Part shown: in pieces, positions 1-12,909 of the stretch
Numbering within the stretch: position 1 is the stretch's first letter
How the letters are laid out: every line of letters begins with the position of its first letter
Assembly (NCBI RefSeq): GCF_009914755.1
Contig: NC_060930.1
Strand: one strand, 5' to 3'
DNA from: the human T2T-CHM13v2.0 reference genome, Homo sapiens
DNA length: 64,000 nucleotides
Program-made: the position numbers and the translations under genes
Notes under the pieces: generated by a model
Seen by the model: only the letters and a program-made list of their open reading frames with translations
Database searches by the model: none
What the model was told of the DNA's origin: nothing

Positions 1-477
1 TAGGGAGTGGAGTAAGTGAAGAAGGTTTGAAAGAACCCTGGAAAATAATGATAGATTAAACTTATTGGGAAAACAGAACAATTGTATGGTAACACTAAAA
101 GACCATGGAGGCCGAACCTCAAATTTTCTGGTGTTAAAAATCCGTTGTATACACAATGAAATTTTTCTTTGGTCAGGTTCAGTTGCCTTGGTGAAGGGGT
201 GAAAATAGCATGTAGTTTAGTTACCCTGGACTGGTGGTTTTACATACTGCAGTTGTGAGTATACATAGAGGCTTAGTTGAATTGATCTACAAGAAGAATA
301 GCTTACATGGGAAAATAACAATACATGATAGGGTCTAATAGATTGAGAGAAAAAGGTGAAGTTAGAAACCAGATGTTGAATAGGTTAAAGAACACCTGCA
401 CAGTGAATAATTGAGGGAAAGAATGGAAAGAACAGCATTCTTTTCAGATATTAATTTTAATTTTAAGATTTCCATAC

Positions 478-600
478 AAAACATTTACTCAAAAATATGT
501 ACTGAGCATTTTCTGTATATAATAAATTGTCCTTAGCATTACAGAAGTGAAGATGGGGCAAGTTTTTTGCTATTATGAAGGTTAAATTCTAGCCAGGTGG
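478..600 (-). mobile_element. L2 (LINE2) 3' end fragment
   Basis: aaacatttactcaaaaatatgtactgagcatttt...tatgaaggttaaattctag resembles the reverse complement of the L2 3' terminus. Confidence 0.5.
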
Positions 601-1475
601 ATAATAACAAAATAAAGAATAATTTGGTTTCATAGTTTCTATTACAGAGGTGACTGAGAATAAAAAACAAACAAAAAAACAGCAAAAAACTAAAAAACAA
701 CATTTTTGAGCTCCCTCAACCAGAAACGCTATTTACAATGCCACATAGATAGTGTCATGTCATTCTTGTACTGTCCAATTGGGAAAGGCAGTCATCACCT
801 TATAACACAGGAAGGTACTTTTATAGTTGAACAGAATGAGAATTAATTCCTACCATCACCACAGCATTGGCAGGACACAATATCCTGACCCTGGGCATAG
901 AACTAAGATCAGAAAGCTGTAGGGTCACAAAGATACAAAGAAAAGCCACTCTAAAGCTAGCTGGTAGTATATGGCCAACTATTTTACAGACATGTTGCAG
1001 GTATTCAAACTGCTTGCAATTTGATTGATTTAAACTGTATTTGTGGTGAGTTTTGAGGGTGTTTATTAATAATGACAGAGAATATGGATATTATAGAAGG
1101 GATGGATATGCCAGTATATATTTACACGTGAAAAAAAAATCAAGGAATGAACAAAAGAGAAGGAACAGAACTTTCAAAATATATTAACATAAACAGAGTA
1201 AAGAAATTTTCCTTTACTACCAAAAATTAAGAATTTTTGCTAATTTTTATGAATAAAATAATTATAAATTATTTTAGAAAACAAAGAATTTGGACTTGTA
1301 AGTTGTGTCTTTTACTAGTTTTGTTTCTTTTATCAATATTGCGATATAGATCTAAGTTCATTGTATGTGTTAGTTATTCTCAACTCTATTGACTCCACAC
1401 ATCTCTAATTCTTTTTTATATTATTTTTAATAAATATCTAAAACACGTCAGTCTTCTGGCTTTTAGTATCCACAT

Positions 1476-2033
1476 TGTGTATTTTTGTTACTCTGGCTGT
1501 TTAACAAATTTTCCCAAAACTTAGTAGTATATTACAAACATTTATTATACCCTTAGATTTTTGTAAGTCAGGAATTTGGACAGAGTGTAGTGGGATTGCC
1601 TTGTCTCTACTCCACAATGTGCTGGGGCACAGACGCAAGAGTTGATACCTGGAGGCTGGAGTCATCTGATGGCTTGTGCACTCATATGTCTAGTGGGTGT
1701 TGCTGGCTCTTGGCTAGAGGCCCCATTCCTCTGTTTATGCATTCTCTTTGTGAGTGCCAGTTTGGGCTTTCTCACAGCATAGTAGGTGATTTCCAGTGGG
1801 AAATGTGTTGGGAGAGAAAGAGAGAGCAAGAAGAAGAGGAAAGAGAGAAGAAAGCCATATCACTTTTTATAACCTAGACTAGGAAGTAATACAACATCAT
1901 TTCTACATATTTCTTAAGACACGAAGTTCTGTCCAGATTCAAAGGGAGGACATAAGGCAGATTCCAACTCATTTCTGGAAGATCATGATACTGAAAATAT
2001 TTCTGTGGCCATTTTTGAATACGTGATCTGCTC
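1476..2033 (-). mobile_element. MaLR solo LTR, MLT1 (G/H-like)
   Basis: tgtgtatt...aacaaattttcccaaaacttagt...gtcaggaatttggacag...ctggagtcatctgatggcttg...cagattcaaaggg matches MLT1 LTR antisense motifs. Confidence 0.8.
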
Positions 2034-2054
2034 GAATGGATAATTTAAGATTAG

Positions 2055-2124
2055 TCCTTAGAGTAATAATCCTTAGAGTAATAATCCTTAGAGTAATAAT
2101 CCTTAGAGTCAGCACTCCTTAGAG
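2055..2124. repeat. 15-bp tandem repeat (TCCTTAGAGTAATAA) x ~3.6 plus a degenerate copy
   Basis: Perfect repeats directly visible at 2055-2109, and tccttagag again at 2116-2124. Confidence 0.95.
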
Positions 2125-3721
2125 AGAGTTGTTTTAAAAAGTTTATTTTACGTTTTGTCACTGGTTACTTTTGTTCAGTGTCCTGAGAGCACAGTGTGGA
2201 AATATATTAATTCTGTCCAATGGTACCGAATGTTTTATAGAGTAGAGTAGGTAATAGTGGAGTGGGCTATTTAAGAGAAACTTGGAATTTATCAGGTTAA
2301 AAAAATGAATTTGTTCCATCATACTCTGCACGTGTGCGAGAGAATACATGACCTGCTCAGAGCCAGGTTTAATCTAGAGGAAGATAAGTTTGCTAAGGTC
2401 ACATGCAAGATCATTAAACTACCATTTGAAAGAACAATTCATTATCTGTTCTTGTTGTTGTTTATAACTTTAGTCCATAATGTTTGTGCAAATTATTTTT
2501 TAAAAAACTGTTTATTTGGAGAATGAAAAATAAAATTGGGACAGTAGTATTTACTTTAAAGAAAAGTAAATAAGTGGAGATTTTTTTCCAGGGAAATATA
2601 GACCATGGAATCTTTCATAAGCATGTAGGAATTTTATTTCCCTAAAGAGATAGTTATAACAAGCAAAATTTCCTTAGGACATCATGGTATCTACGTACTT
2701 AAGCACTGATAAAAATTCTCATGTGAAAAAGGAAAAAAAAAACAGTAACCATTTGAATATGAGTGAATGTTCCTCTAAAATATGTAAAAATATGAAAAAA
2801 TATTGTTAATAACATAAAACAAAACATTTAATTGAAATTAAACACATATGCAGATACACGGTAAGCCTTCCTTCTGATTGTTTTTAAGTAAATTATTCAC
2901 ATTTAGTTTATTTTTCTTCTTGCTCACTTTCTCATCTCCCATTTATTGCTTACCTGGCTTGAAAGGTACTTATTTAAAGTTAATTATTGCAATAGAATGA
3001 GAGTCCACAAATTTGTGATAATTTTTGAAATCTCTGGCAAATTTAATACATTTTTAAAAATAAAATTTAATGATTTGTCTGTATATGATAAACATTTTAG
3101 TGTGCCTTTAACATCCAGGTACATTTTCTGAAAATAATAGAGCAGGGTACTAAGCATTGGGCTGTATCCACAGACTTTTAGCCCTAGGTTAAAAATCTCT
3201 TCTAACTCATACTACAAGTAAAAAATATGTTTTTTTCACCTTAAAAAATTCTAATATCATTATTCATCTCTAAAGGTAAATGATAGTATGTGGTATTTTC
3301 CAAATCGTTTGAATATGTAATAACAGTGTTTTGTGGGACATTCATGTTATCTAGACTCAAGTAAAAAAAATATATAATATATATATAAACTACATTTTTC
3401 CTTCAACTGTAATGTTTTATGATTTCAGCATTAATTTTATTAGAAAAAAATTTGAGTTAAAAAGACAATTGAAATCAAATTTAAACAAAATTTTTACAGT
3501 GATCATTGAGAGCGATCTAAATTTAATTCTTTTTCTAATATTGTTAGATTGATGTGATACATTGTAAAGAATAGAGAAAACATACGCATTTTCAAAATAA
3601 AGTAAACCTCATTTCAGAATTCCATAATGCAGAGATACAAATTATTAACATTTTTGTCAACTTTCATATACTTAATATTTCAGTGTAGTCTTTTATAAAA
3701 TTGAAATTGTATTGTAAATAT

Positions 3722-3878
3722 ATTTTATATCTTGATTTTTTAAAACTATAATATCAATAGCATTCTTGTTTTTCTAAGAGATCATATTTTAGGTACATTT
3801 TATATACTGATTTTTTAAAACTATAATATCAATAGCATTTTGTTTTTCTAAAAATATCAAAAGCATTTTGTTTTCTAG
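3722..3878. repeat. Imperfect local duplication (~75-bp period)
   Basis: tgattttttaaaactataatatcaatagcatt..tgtttttctaa occurs twice, followed by a partial third copy. Confidence 0.85.
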
Positions 3879-5139
3879 TGTGTTATTTACTTTATAATAT
3901 CCCATGATATAATTTTTTATAAACACTATTTTTTTTTACATTTTCTTAGGCAGAAAAATGAGAAATATAGGAAACACTGAGTATCATTTAGGTTAGTATT
4001 AAAATTTTCTCCACAGATCTCTGAAGTTAATTGAGGAATCTCTAAAGGTGATGGGAATTGGGAAGATCTGAAGAGGTGGGGTGTCAGGACTGTCATTAAT
4101 ACTTTTACCAGATCATAGTAGATTTCATATATTTTATGTTGGGTTTGGCATTTTATTTAAATGGACAATTCTAGGACACAGTTTAAAAAGATTAATGATT
4201 TACATATGTAGGTTCGTAGTAAAAGTTCATCATAATTTTGTTATTTTTCTTGCTATTTAATTTTCTGTATCAGTCATATCCATAATTTTATATACGATAT
4301 AAATTGCTTAGTCATATCTGTATTTTACATATCAAATAATAAATTTTGTAAGCCTTAAAATATTATTGTCTATTACTTTAGGTATGTATGTGAACTTTTA
4401 TCTTTTAAATATACTACTTGAATAGAAGCCTATTCTAACTATTCTACTTTCTAAAACAGTACTTTTTAGTTACAAATGACAAATACAATCAAATTTAACC
4501 ATGAGGAAAATATTTAGCTGGCCTTAACAAAGACAAAAAAAATGTTAACTAAAGTTAAATTCTTTTAGTAAAAACAAAGCTTAATATGTAATCAGAGGTA
4601 GCACAAATGGCTCCGCTTGTTCACTATCATGACTATATTCTTTGTTGCTCTCATTCAGAAACATTGAGTCTAAAAAATAAGTAAAAAAGTCAACTCACCA
4701 AAAGCTGCAACGAAGGAACTGCCTTTGTTTCTCAATCTCTTCTCTCAGAACTTACAGCAGAGAGGAATAATGTAAGATGAGAGAGTTTTCCAATCGTCTA
4801 CTCAATGCTTTGGGAGCCATAACAGGACACGGAGAAGCTTTGTAGCCAGACACTTGTGAAATCTAAAAGCAACGGAAAAGCTATGAGTTAGACTTACGTC
4901 AATAAATGAACTTACTTTCCACTGGGAAACAAAGTTGACATAATACAGCTGATAGCTGTTATTATGAAAACCCTAAACAATAACAAAGCCAACAAATAAA
5001 AACAAACAAACAAAAACCTTATTCAAGTTGAAGCTTAATGAGCTATGCCCCACAAGGCCATAGAAGATACCATTCCTATCTATTTCTCCAAACTAATCTC
5101 GGGCTCTTCTCCATCTTGCTTAATCTTTTTCTTCAACAT

Positions 5140-5390
5140 TTAAAAAATTGTTTTTAGAAATTAATGTTTCATATTATTTTGAAACACCTAAAAATGTTGC
5201 AAGACTAGTACAAGAAGCTCCAATATATTATTTACCTATATTACACATTGTTTTCATTTTGTACTACTTGGTTTTCTTTCCATCTTTGGCTTTATTATCT
5301 CTATTCCTCTAAATATGTGTGTGCACACACATACACACACATTGTTTTTATTTTCTGAACCACTTTAAAAATGTTATAGGTATTGTGCAT
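5140..5390 (-). mobile_element. Old L1 (L1MC4/5-like) 3' end fragment
   Basis: aaaaatgttgcaagactagtacaagaagctcc...ttttctgaaccactttaaaa resembles L1MC 3'UTR antisense. Confidence 0.6.
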
Positions 5391-6589
5391 AGCTGACAAC
5401 ATCCCACTCATGCCATTCTAGAATGGAGACCTCTATAATAATTTATTTTCAAACAACCTACAAAAAAGAAAGTCAATTCCCTGTAGTTTTTTTCCATCTG
5501 TCCCCCCCGTCCTCTATTATACACTGAGGTCATGCTTCTTGGTTCATGTAAGAACAATCTTACAAAAACTTGTGCTGGAGACAAGGCTGTCAGTTTAAAT
5601 CCCAAATGGGCCCACATCACGGCTCTGTTTTGCATATTATTTTGATTGATTGATTAATGGGTCTGAAGTGAAAGTAAAAACTATAAGAATTAGAGATCAT
5701 AGGTAATGCAATAGTATTAACACATTTGGATTATGGTTTAGCGTGACTGAAACTGTGGTAAATCCTGCTTTAGGACAAATCTTAGTTGGAAGTACAATTT
5801 AGTTAGATAATTTGTATGGTCCGGAAGGAGCCATGATAGGCCTGCTAATTTTGGCTGGAATATCTTGTGATGTAGTATCAAGTAACATTATTCATGAGTA
5901 TATATCTTTAAAAATGTTGTCAATAAAACTATCTCCTTTTTATTGCTGCGCTTCAGATCTTCAACCTTTGAGACTTCAAGAGTTGGGTATCCTTAGAAGC
6001 CAGGCATGTCATTATCCGAAATGGCTGATTTTTTTTGGATTCATATAGAGTTCTCATGTATGGAATGAAAAACAGAATCCATGATGCAGTACGTCCTTGG
6101 CAGACAGAATACCAATTTTTTTTTTATATTTCAACTAACATGTTTGCAGTCACTTGGAAGATAAGATCCAGTTCTACAATTTTTGAATGAATTCTAGATC
6201 CTACAGCATAAGTATGTAATGCTCATCCCATTTTAGGTAACCTACCAATAAAAATTTCCAGAAATAATGTCAGTACTATAAATAATCATTTTACAATATA
6301 TTACTGAAACAAAAGGATGAAACAAATGAAAGAGATAAGGGAAGATTTAAACCAGTTTGCTACTCATACAGGATATACAGACACTGATAAAAATGAGGTT
6401 GGTCAACTGCTTTGACTGATTAACCTGGAATGATACCTCAGAGTATTGTTGGAAATGCGGTTAGGAAAATAATATGAGACATTGAGGGAACTAGGAACAT
6501 CTATTATAAATACAGTAAGAACTTGGAAAATATAATGCACTGAAAGCTAAGGTAATGATAAATTCCATGAAGGAGACTGTGATGGATTC

Positions 6590-6860
6590 CTCAGGCAATT
6601 AGGTAGGGAAAAAAGTAAGGAATTGAAAGAGGAAAGACTGGAGAATTTGAAATAAACTAGTTTTGTTTTCCAGATAGATTATCAGTAAGAAAAAAAGTAT
6701 ATAGCAGTAGCTAGTATAGGCAATGGTGTTAGCTAAGTTCCTTCCTACCTCTCTCTTTTAAAAAATTGTATACGTTTTTTCCAATAGTTGAATGGAAAGG
6801 GAGAAATACTTTAAAGAGAGAACAAAACCTAGCATCACTGAGAGAGACAAAGAGGTCATT
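6590..6860 (-). mobile_element. L2 fragment
   Basis: Purine-rich gaggaaagactggag...agcagtagctag resembles L2 antisense; highly diverged. Confidence 0.4.
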
Positions 6861-7989
6861 GGCAAGCAAATTTCTCCTTCTAGTTTTACCATTAAAAAAT
6901 AAAAAGACTTGAGAATAATCAACAGAACTATTCAATGAGCACTCTGTTGGTGTCATATGTAAATAATACTATAGTCCTAGAAAACTGATTTATAGTTGTT
7001 AAAATATTTTAAGGAGAGATGAATAACATATCATTGTGACCCATTTCAATACTGAACTGATTTTCAGTATGTGTGACAACAGATTTTCGGCAATAGCTTG
7101 TGACAGTATATGCTACATTTTTAACAGTCAACATTGACCAGGGTCCACGCAAATTAATGTTTTCATACAATCAAATTTATTTTATGGGAACATGGATCTT
7201 TTAGATAAATAAGAATAATGCATAAAGAGGAGATCCAGATTAAGGAAATAGGACAGCAAACATTTATCAATATATGAAAAAACAAATGCATACTTTACCC
7301 CTCCCCGAAAAAAATCACATTTAAAAGTTTAGAAACAAAATTTCCAAGAAGTCAAATTTTAAATAGGATATTTAAAATATGTTATATATGGTTGTAATAT
7401 ATACTTAAATATAAGCAAACTATCCCAATAAAATTTAAATCCCTTTGGTTTTATTATATCTACAATGGAGTTAAATTATTAGCTTTTCTTCTTTTTCCTC
7501 TCTGTAATATAAATTGTATAATTCAGATTTTATATCCATGTCTATTTTCTTTACTTTTAGTTTAATTCTTTCTTAATTCTACCAAAATAATGGAACACTA
7601 AAACCTATGGCTTTTTCTATTGTGAGTGGATTACGCTTTCTTACACAGAAAAATGAATAAATAAAATGGCTGAATGAATTTCAAGTTGGGTTTTCATTTA
7701 ATCTTCTGTGTACTTAAGACATAAAATACAGTTCACTTAAAGCCTTCTTTGTTGTTTCACCTCATTTATTTGGCATAACAGCAATAAATGTTCTATTTCA
7801 TGTGTTTTGCAATAGGGAAATAGCTCTCGGATTTATAAGAAAACTGGAGGGGTTTATTATATAAGAGTTGTTTAATGTGACACTGATACATGTACTAAAG
7901 GTGGTATTATTTAATATATTAGATTTAGATAATATCAGAATACCATTTCCTACCAGCAGGAAAGCTTACAATAGAGGCTTCAAGTAGCA

Positions 7990-8206
7990 TTTTATATATA
8001 TATATTTATACATAAATATATATATTTATACATAAATATATATTTATACATAAATATATATATTTATACATAAATATATATTTATACATAAATATATATA
8101 TTTATACATACATATTTTTATATATTTATATATTTTTATTTTATTGTATTGTATTTTATTATATTTATATATATATTTATATATATTTATATAAATATAT
8201 ATATTT
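7990..8206. repeat. AT-rich minisatellite / low complexity (TATTTATACATAAATA(TA)n)
   Basis: About 5 units of 18-20 bp at 8001-8110, followed by (TA)/(TTTA) low complexity. Confidence 0.95.
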
Positions 8207-8455
8207 GTGATATGATTTTACAACTCAATTCTTTATATAATTTTTCCAGGGGTTTTAATACTTAATTATCAATGTATTATGGTTATATATATTTATACAA
8301 ATATTACAGGGATAATAGCAATAAATCATTTTTGAGATTATATACCATAATAGGAATAAAGCATTTATTACCATCTGGTATATACTTAGGCTCCGCTTTT
8401 ATGTATTTCCTTCGGGTTTTATAATTTTCAAAGGTTTATGCATTTTATTTTATAT

Positions 8456-8682
8456 GAGATCTCAGGAGATCTTATAGTTTAAAGTGTGACACTTCCTCCC
8501 TCGCTCTTTCTCTCTCTCTCAGCACCATGTAAGATGTGCCTTGCTTCCGCTTTACCTTCCCCCATGATTGTAACTTTTCTGAGGCCTCTCCAGCCATGCT
8601 GGAGTCAATTAAGCATTTTTTCATCATAAATTACCTGGTCTCAGGCAGTATCTTTATAGCAGTGTCAAAACAGACTAATAGA
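8456..8682 (+). mobile_element. THE1D/MST-type MaLR LTR, 3' half
   Basis: ccatgtaagatgtgccttgcttcc...gaggcctctccagccatg...ataaattacctggtctcagg...tttatagcagtgt..aaacagactaata. Confidence 0.85.
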
Positions 8683-8684
8683 AT

Positions 8685-9313
8685 AACCTATCTAAGGTAG
8701 CATTTGTCAGGATTTTCTACTGTACAGTAACTCTCCCCTCTCCTCCTCTACCTTTTATACTTCCTTCTGTGGAAGGAAGTCACAATGTGCAGCCCACTGT
8801 TAAGGAGAGAGTTATTGTGCTTCAACTCATAGAGGCATAATGTCTATATAAATCATTTGGAATTATTCTGAATAGGTGGTATTAATTAATTTATGCAACC
8901 TTTTATTTATATTAGTATGAGCTCATGCATATGCATGTTATACATTAAATTATACACTAAGACTCAACACTTCTTTACCAATTTTATTCAAAATTCTCAT
9001 GTTTGGGCAATTGGAAGCTTTTACATTGGCACATGTGTCCATTTGACATACTCTCATCATTATGTTTTTGTTTTGTTTGAGCATTTTCTTACTTTCTGAA
9101 ACAAGGCGATCCAAGCTCATCTTGTATATTTCCTGCCCCAGTCTTAGAATCACCATTTATCAAAGCATCTCTAGTTTCTTTTATTAGGGAATGGTAATAG
9201 AAATTAAAATCCACGAGCTAGGCGCGCTCCTTGTTATTGCATTTAGGACATCTCAACTGGCAGAAAAGAAATGCACGTGTATATGCTAGCCAGTATCTAT
9301 ACATAAATATCTA
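8685..9313 (-). mobile_element. L1MD/L1MC3-type 3'UTR fragment (host of Tigger1)
   Basis: ggaaggaagtcacaatgtgcagccca..ttaaggag and tccaagctcatcttgtatatttcctgccccagtc; same family as 51150-52235. Confidence 0.75.
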
Positions 9314-9727
9314 CAGGAATACTTCATTTATGGGTATACTTCCCTTTATTACACTTAGCAGAGATTGTGATTTTTTACACATTGAAGGCTGTGGCAACCC
9401 AGCAAGTCTATTGGCAGCATTTTTTCCAACAGCATGCTCTAATTTTGTATATCTGTGTCACATTTTGGTAATTCTCAAAATACTGCAAACTTTATTGTTA
9501 TTATATTTGTTCTAGTAATCTGTGATAACTGATTTTTGATGTTTTCATTGTAATTCTTTTGGGGAACCATGAGCCATGCTCATATGAAATGACGAACTTA
9601 ATTGATAAATGTGTGTGTTCTGACTGCTCCACTGATGGACTTTCCCCCAATCTTTCTCCTTCTACTCCAGCTTCCTTAGGCCCTGACACACAGCAATTTT
9701 GAAGTTAGGTCAACCAATAGCCCTAAA

Positions 9728-11520
9728 ATGGCTTCTAAGTGTTCAAGTGAATGAAAGAGTTTCAGATATCTCATTTTAAATCAAAAGCTATAAATAATTC
9801 AGTTTAGTGAGGAAGGCATATGGAAAGCCTATATTGGAAAAAAAAAAAATAAGCCTCTTGTGCCGAACAGCCAAATTGTGAATGCAAAGGAAAAGTTATT
9901 GAGGAAATTAAAAGTGCCACTATAATTCAACATGGAAGATAAGAAAGTGAGACAGATTTAGTGCTAATATGGAGAAAGTTTGAGTGGTCTGGATAGCAGA
10001 TAAAACCAGCTACAACATTCCCTTAGCCAAAGCCAAATACAGAACAAGGCTCTAATTCTCTTCAATTCTATAAAGGCTGAGAGAGATGTGGAAGCTCCAG
10101 AAAAAAAAGATGGAAGATAGCAGAGATTAGTTAATGAGGGTTAAGAACAAAGGCCATCTTTGTAATATAAAAGTAAAAGGGAAAGAAGTAAGTGCTGATG
10201 AAGTTGCACCAAGTTATCCAGATACAGGGAAGATCATTGATGAAGGTGGCTACAATGAACAATGTATTTTTAATGTAGATGAAATGGCCATATATTGGAA
10301 GAAGATGCCATTAAGGACTTTCATAGCTAGAGAGGATAAGTCAATGCCTAGCTTCAAAGCTTCAAAGGGTAGGCTGACCCTCTTGCTAAGGGCTAATGCT
10401 GGTAGTGACTTTAAGTTAAAGCCAATACTCATTTACCATTTCCAAAATCCTACTGCCCTTAACAATTATGCTTTGCCGGTGCTCCTTAAATAAAACAACA
10501 AAGCATGAATGATAGCACATCTGTTTAGATATTGTTTATTTCATATTTTAAGCCCACTGTTTGGAAGAAATAATGTCTTTTAAAATATTACTGCTTGTTG
10601 ACAACACACTTGGTCACACAAGACCTCTGAAGAGATTAGTGTTATTTTCTTGCCTGCTAAAATAACACTATGAAGAGATTAGTGTTATTTTCTTGCCTGC
10701 TAAAGAAAAATCCATTCTGTAGCCAGTCCATGGGTCAAAGAGTAATTTTGACTTTCAAGTCTTATTATTTAATAAATAAGTTTTGTAAGGCTATAGCTGC
10801 CATAGACTATTATTCCTCTTCTTGACTAGGGCAAAGTAAATTGAAAACCATCTGGAAAAGATTCACTATTCTAGATGTTATTAAGACCAGTTATGGTTCA
10901 TGGGAGGAGATCAAGATATCAACATTAACAGGAGTTTGGAAGACATTGGTTCCAGTACTCATGGATAATTTTGAGGGGCTCTAGACTTCAGTAGAAGAAG
11001 TAATGACAGATATGATAGAAATAGCAAGAGAACCAGAATTAGAAGTAGAGCCTGAAGATGTGACTGGATTGCTACAATCTCATGGTAAAGTTCAAGTGAA
11101 TGAGGAGTTGCTTCTTGTGTATGAACCAAGAAAGTAATTACTTGAGAAGGAAACTACTCTTGGTGAAGATGCTGTGAACATTGTTGAAATGACAACAAAG
11201 GATTTAGAATATTACATACACTTAGTTGGTAAAGCAGCAGCAGTATTAGAGAAGATTGACTCCAATTTTGAAAGTTCTACTGTGGCTACAATGGTACAAA
11301 ACAGTATTGCATGCTGCAGAGAGAACTTACATGAAAGGAAGAGTCAATTGATATGATAAACTTCATTGTTCTCTTATTTTAAGAAATTGCCACAGCCATC
11401 CCAGCCTTCAGCAACACCCTCCTGATCAGTCAGCAGCCATCAACACAGAGGCAAGTACCTGCACAAGACAAAAGTTTAAAACTTGCTGAAAGCTCAGATG
11501 ATCACAGCATTTTGTAGCAA
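9728..11520 (+). pseudogene. Disrupted Tigger1 transposase (TIGD1-like, CENP-B HTH plus DDE_1)
   Basis: ATG at 9728 gives MASKCSSE then a stop; ORF 10134-10493 gives [54 protein letters not shown]; multiple stops and frameshifts. Confidence 0.9.
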
Positions 11521-11532
11521 TAAACTGACTGA

Positions 11533-11840
11533 TTTTGTTTTGCCTTTTCTCTTGTTTTCTAAACAATCTTGCTTTGTTGCACAGGCTGGAATGCAGTGGC
11601 ATGGATACAGTTCACTACAGCCTTGAGCTCCTCTGAGCTCAAGCAATCCTCCCAATTCAGCCTCCCAAGCAGCTGGGACTGCAGGCACACACCAGCATGC
11701 TGGACTAATTTGTTATTTTATATTTTTATAGAGACATGGTCTTCCAATATTGCCCAGGCTGGTCTTGAACTCCTGGGGTCAAGCAATACTCCCTCCTCAG
11801 CTTTCGAAAATACTAAAGTTATAGTCATGAGCCACTGCAT
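11533..11840 (-). mobile_element. AluJ inserted in Tigger1
   Basis: caggctggaatgcagtgg...ctcaagcaatcctccc...tgagccactgc; diverged dimer with AluJ features. Confidence 0.9.
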
Positions 11841-11930
11841 AATTAAGGTATATACACTATTCTATACACGATTCTTTCAGACATGATTTTATTGCATACT
11901 CAATAGATAACAGAATCATGTAAATGTAAC

Positions 11931-12393
11931 TTTTTCTTTTTTTTTTTTTTTTTCAAAATTTCAACTTTTATTTTAGATGCAGGGGGCAAATGTGGAGGTT
12001 TGTTACCTGGGCAAATTATGTGATACTAAGGTTTGGGGTATGAATCCCATCACACAGGTAGTGAGTTTTGTACCCAATATCTAGTTTTTCAACCCATGCC
12101 TCCTTCCCTTCCTCCCCTCTCTAGTAGTCCACAGTGTCTATTGTTCTCATGTTTATGTCCGTGTGTGCTCAATGTTTAGCTCTGACTTACAAGTGGTATT
12201 TTTTTTTGTTCCTGCATTAATTTCCTTAGGATTATGGCCTCCAGCTACATCCATGTTGCTGCATAGGACATGATTTCATTCTTTTTAATGTCTGCGTAGT
12301 ATTACATGGTGTATATGTACCATAGTTTCTTTACCCAGTCCACCACTGAAGGGCCACCTAGGTTGATTGTGTCTTTACTATTGTGAATAGTGC
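11931..12393 (-). mobile_element. L1PA16-like 3' end with poly(A) tail (poly-T on +), 5' truncated
   Basis: T-run, then caacttttattttagat.cagggg...gtttgttacctggg...tccagctacatccatgttgctgca. Confidence 0.85.
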
Positions 12394-12395
12394 AC

Positions 12396-12895
12396 TTTAG
12401 TTTTTAAAGAAATTGCCAAAATATATTCCAAAATGTCTGTATTATTTTGCACTCCTGTTGCTCTGGTATCCTCACAGCAACTGATATTGTGAAGTTTTTG
12501 AATTTCAGCAGTTCTAATAGGTGTGAAGAGGTAGTTCATTGTTTTAATCTGTGTTTCCTAATGACCAGTAAATGATTTTGAGCATTTTTTTCATAAACTT
12601 CTTTGCATTCTGTATGTCTTTGGTGAGGTGTTTGTTTAAATATTTTGCCCATTTTAAAATTAAGTTTATTATTTTAAGTTAAGTTTTAAGAGTTCTTGGT
12701 ATGTTTTTGGCACACATCTTTTTCAGATATTTGTTTTGAAAATATCTCATTTTCTTTTTATTTCTTAATGGTTTCTTTTACATAATAGAATTTTTTAATT
12801 TTAAGAAATTCTGCCTTGTATATTTGTTCTTTCATGGATGAATTGTTCTTTTGGCATCACGTCTAAAAACTCAACATCAAACCCAAGTTTCTTCA
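12396..12895 (-). mobile_element. Old L1M ORF2 3' fragment
   Basis: aaattgccaaa...ctaatgac...ttgagcatttttttcat...ttggtgaggtgtttgtttaaatattttgcccattt. Confidence 0.75.
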
Positions 12896-12909
12896 GAAAA
12901 TATTTTTCC

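Larger units (their letters stand above)
9314..11935 (+). mobile_element. Tigger1 DNA transposon (pogo/Tc1-mariner), near full length, right TIR missing, interrupted by an AluJ
   Basis: TA at 9312-9313, then left end caggaatacttc; degenerate transposase; 3' sequence aattaaggtatatacac...gtaaatgtaactttt resumes after the Alu. Confidence 0.95.

Noticed and set aside
2055-2124. CRISPR-like array (also 41228-41306 and 58831-58918)
   Set aside because: Contiguous tandem units without unique spacers, no cas genes, primate DNA
5408-6120. Possible processed pseudogene or exon in unique sequence
   Set aside because: The translations I examined gave no recognisable protein, and there is no poly(A)/TSD; needs BLASTX
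10134-10493. TIGD1-like protein-coding gene
   Set aside because: Fragment of a Tigger1 copy with an early stop and frameshifts; not a domesticated gene
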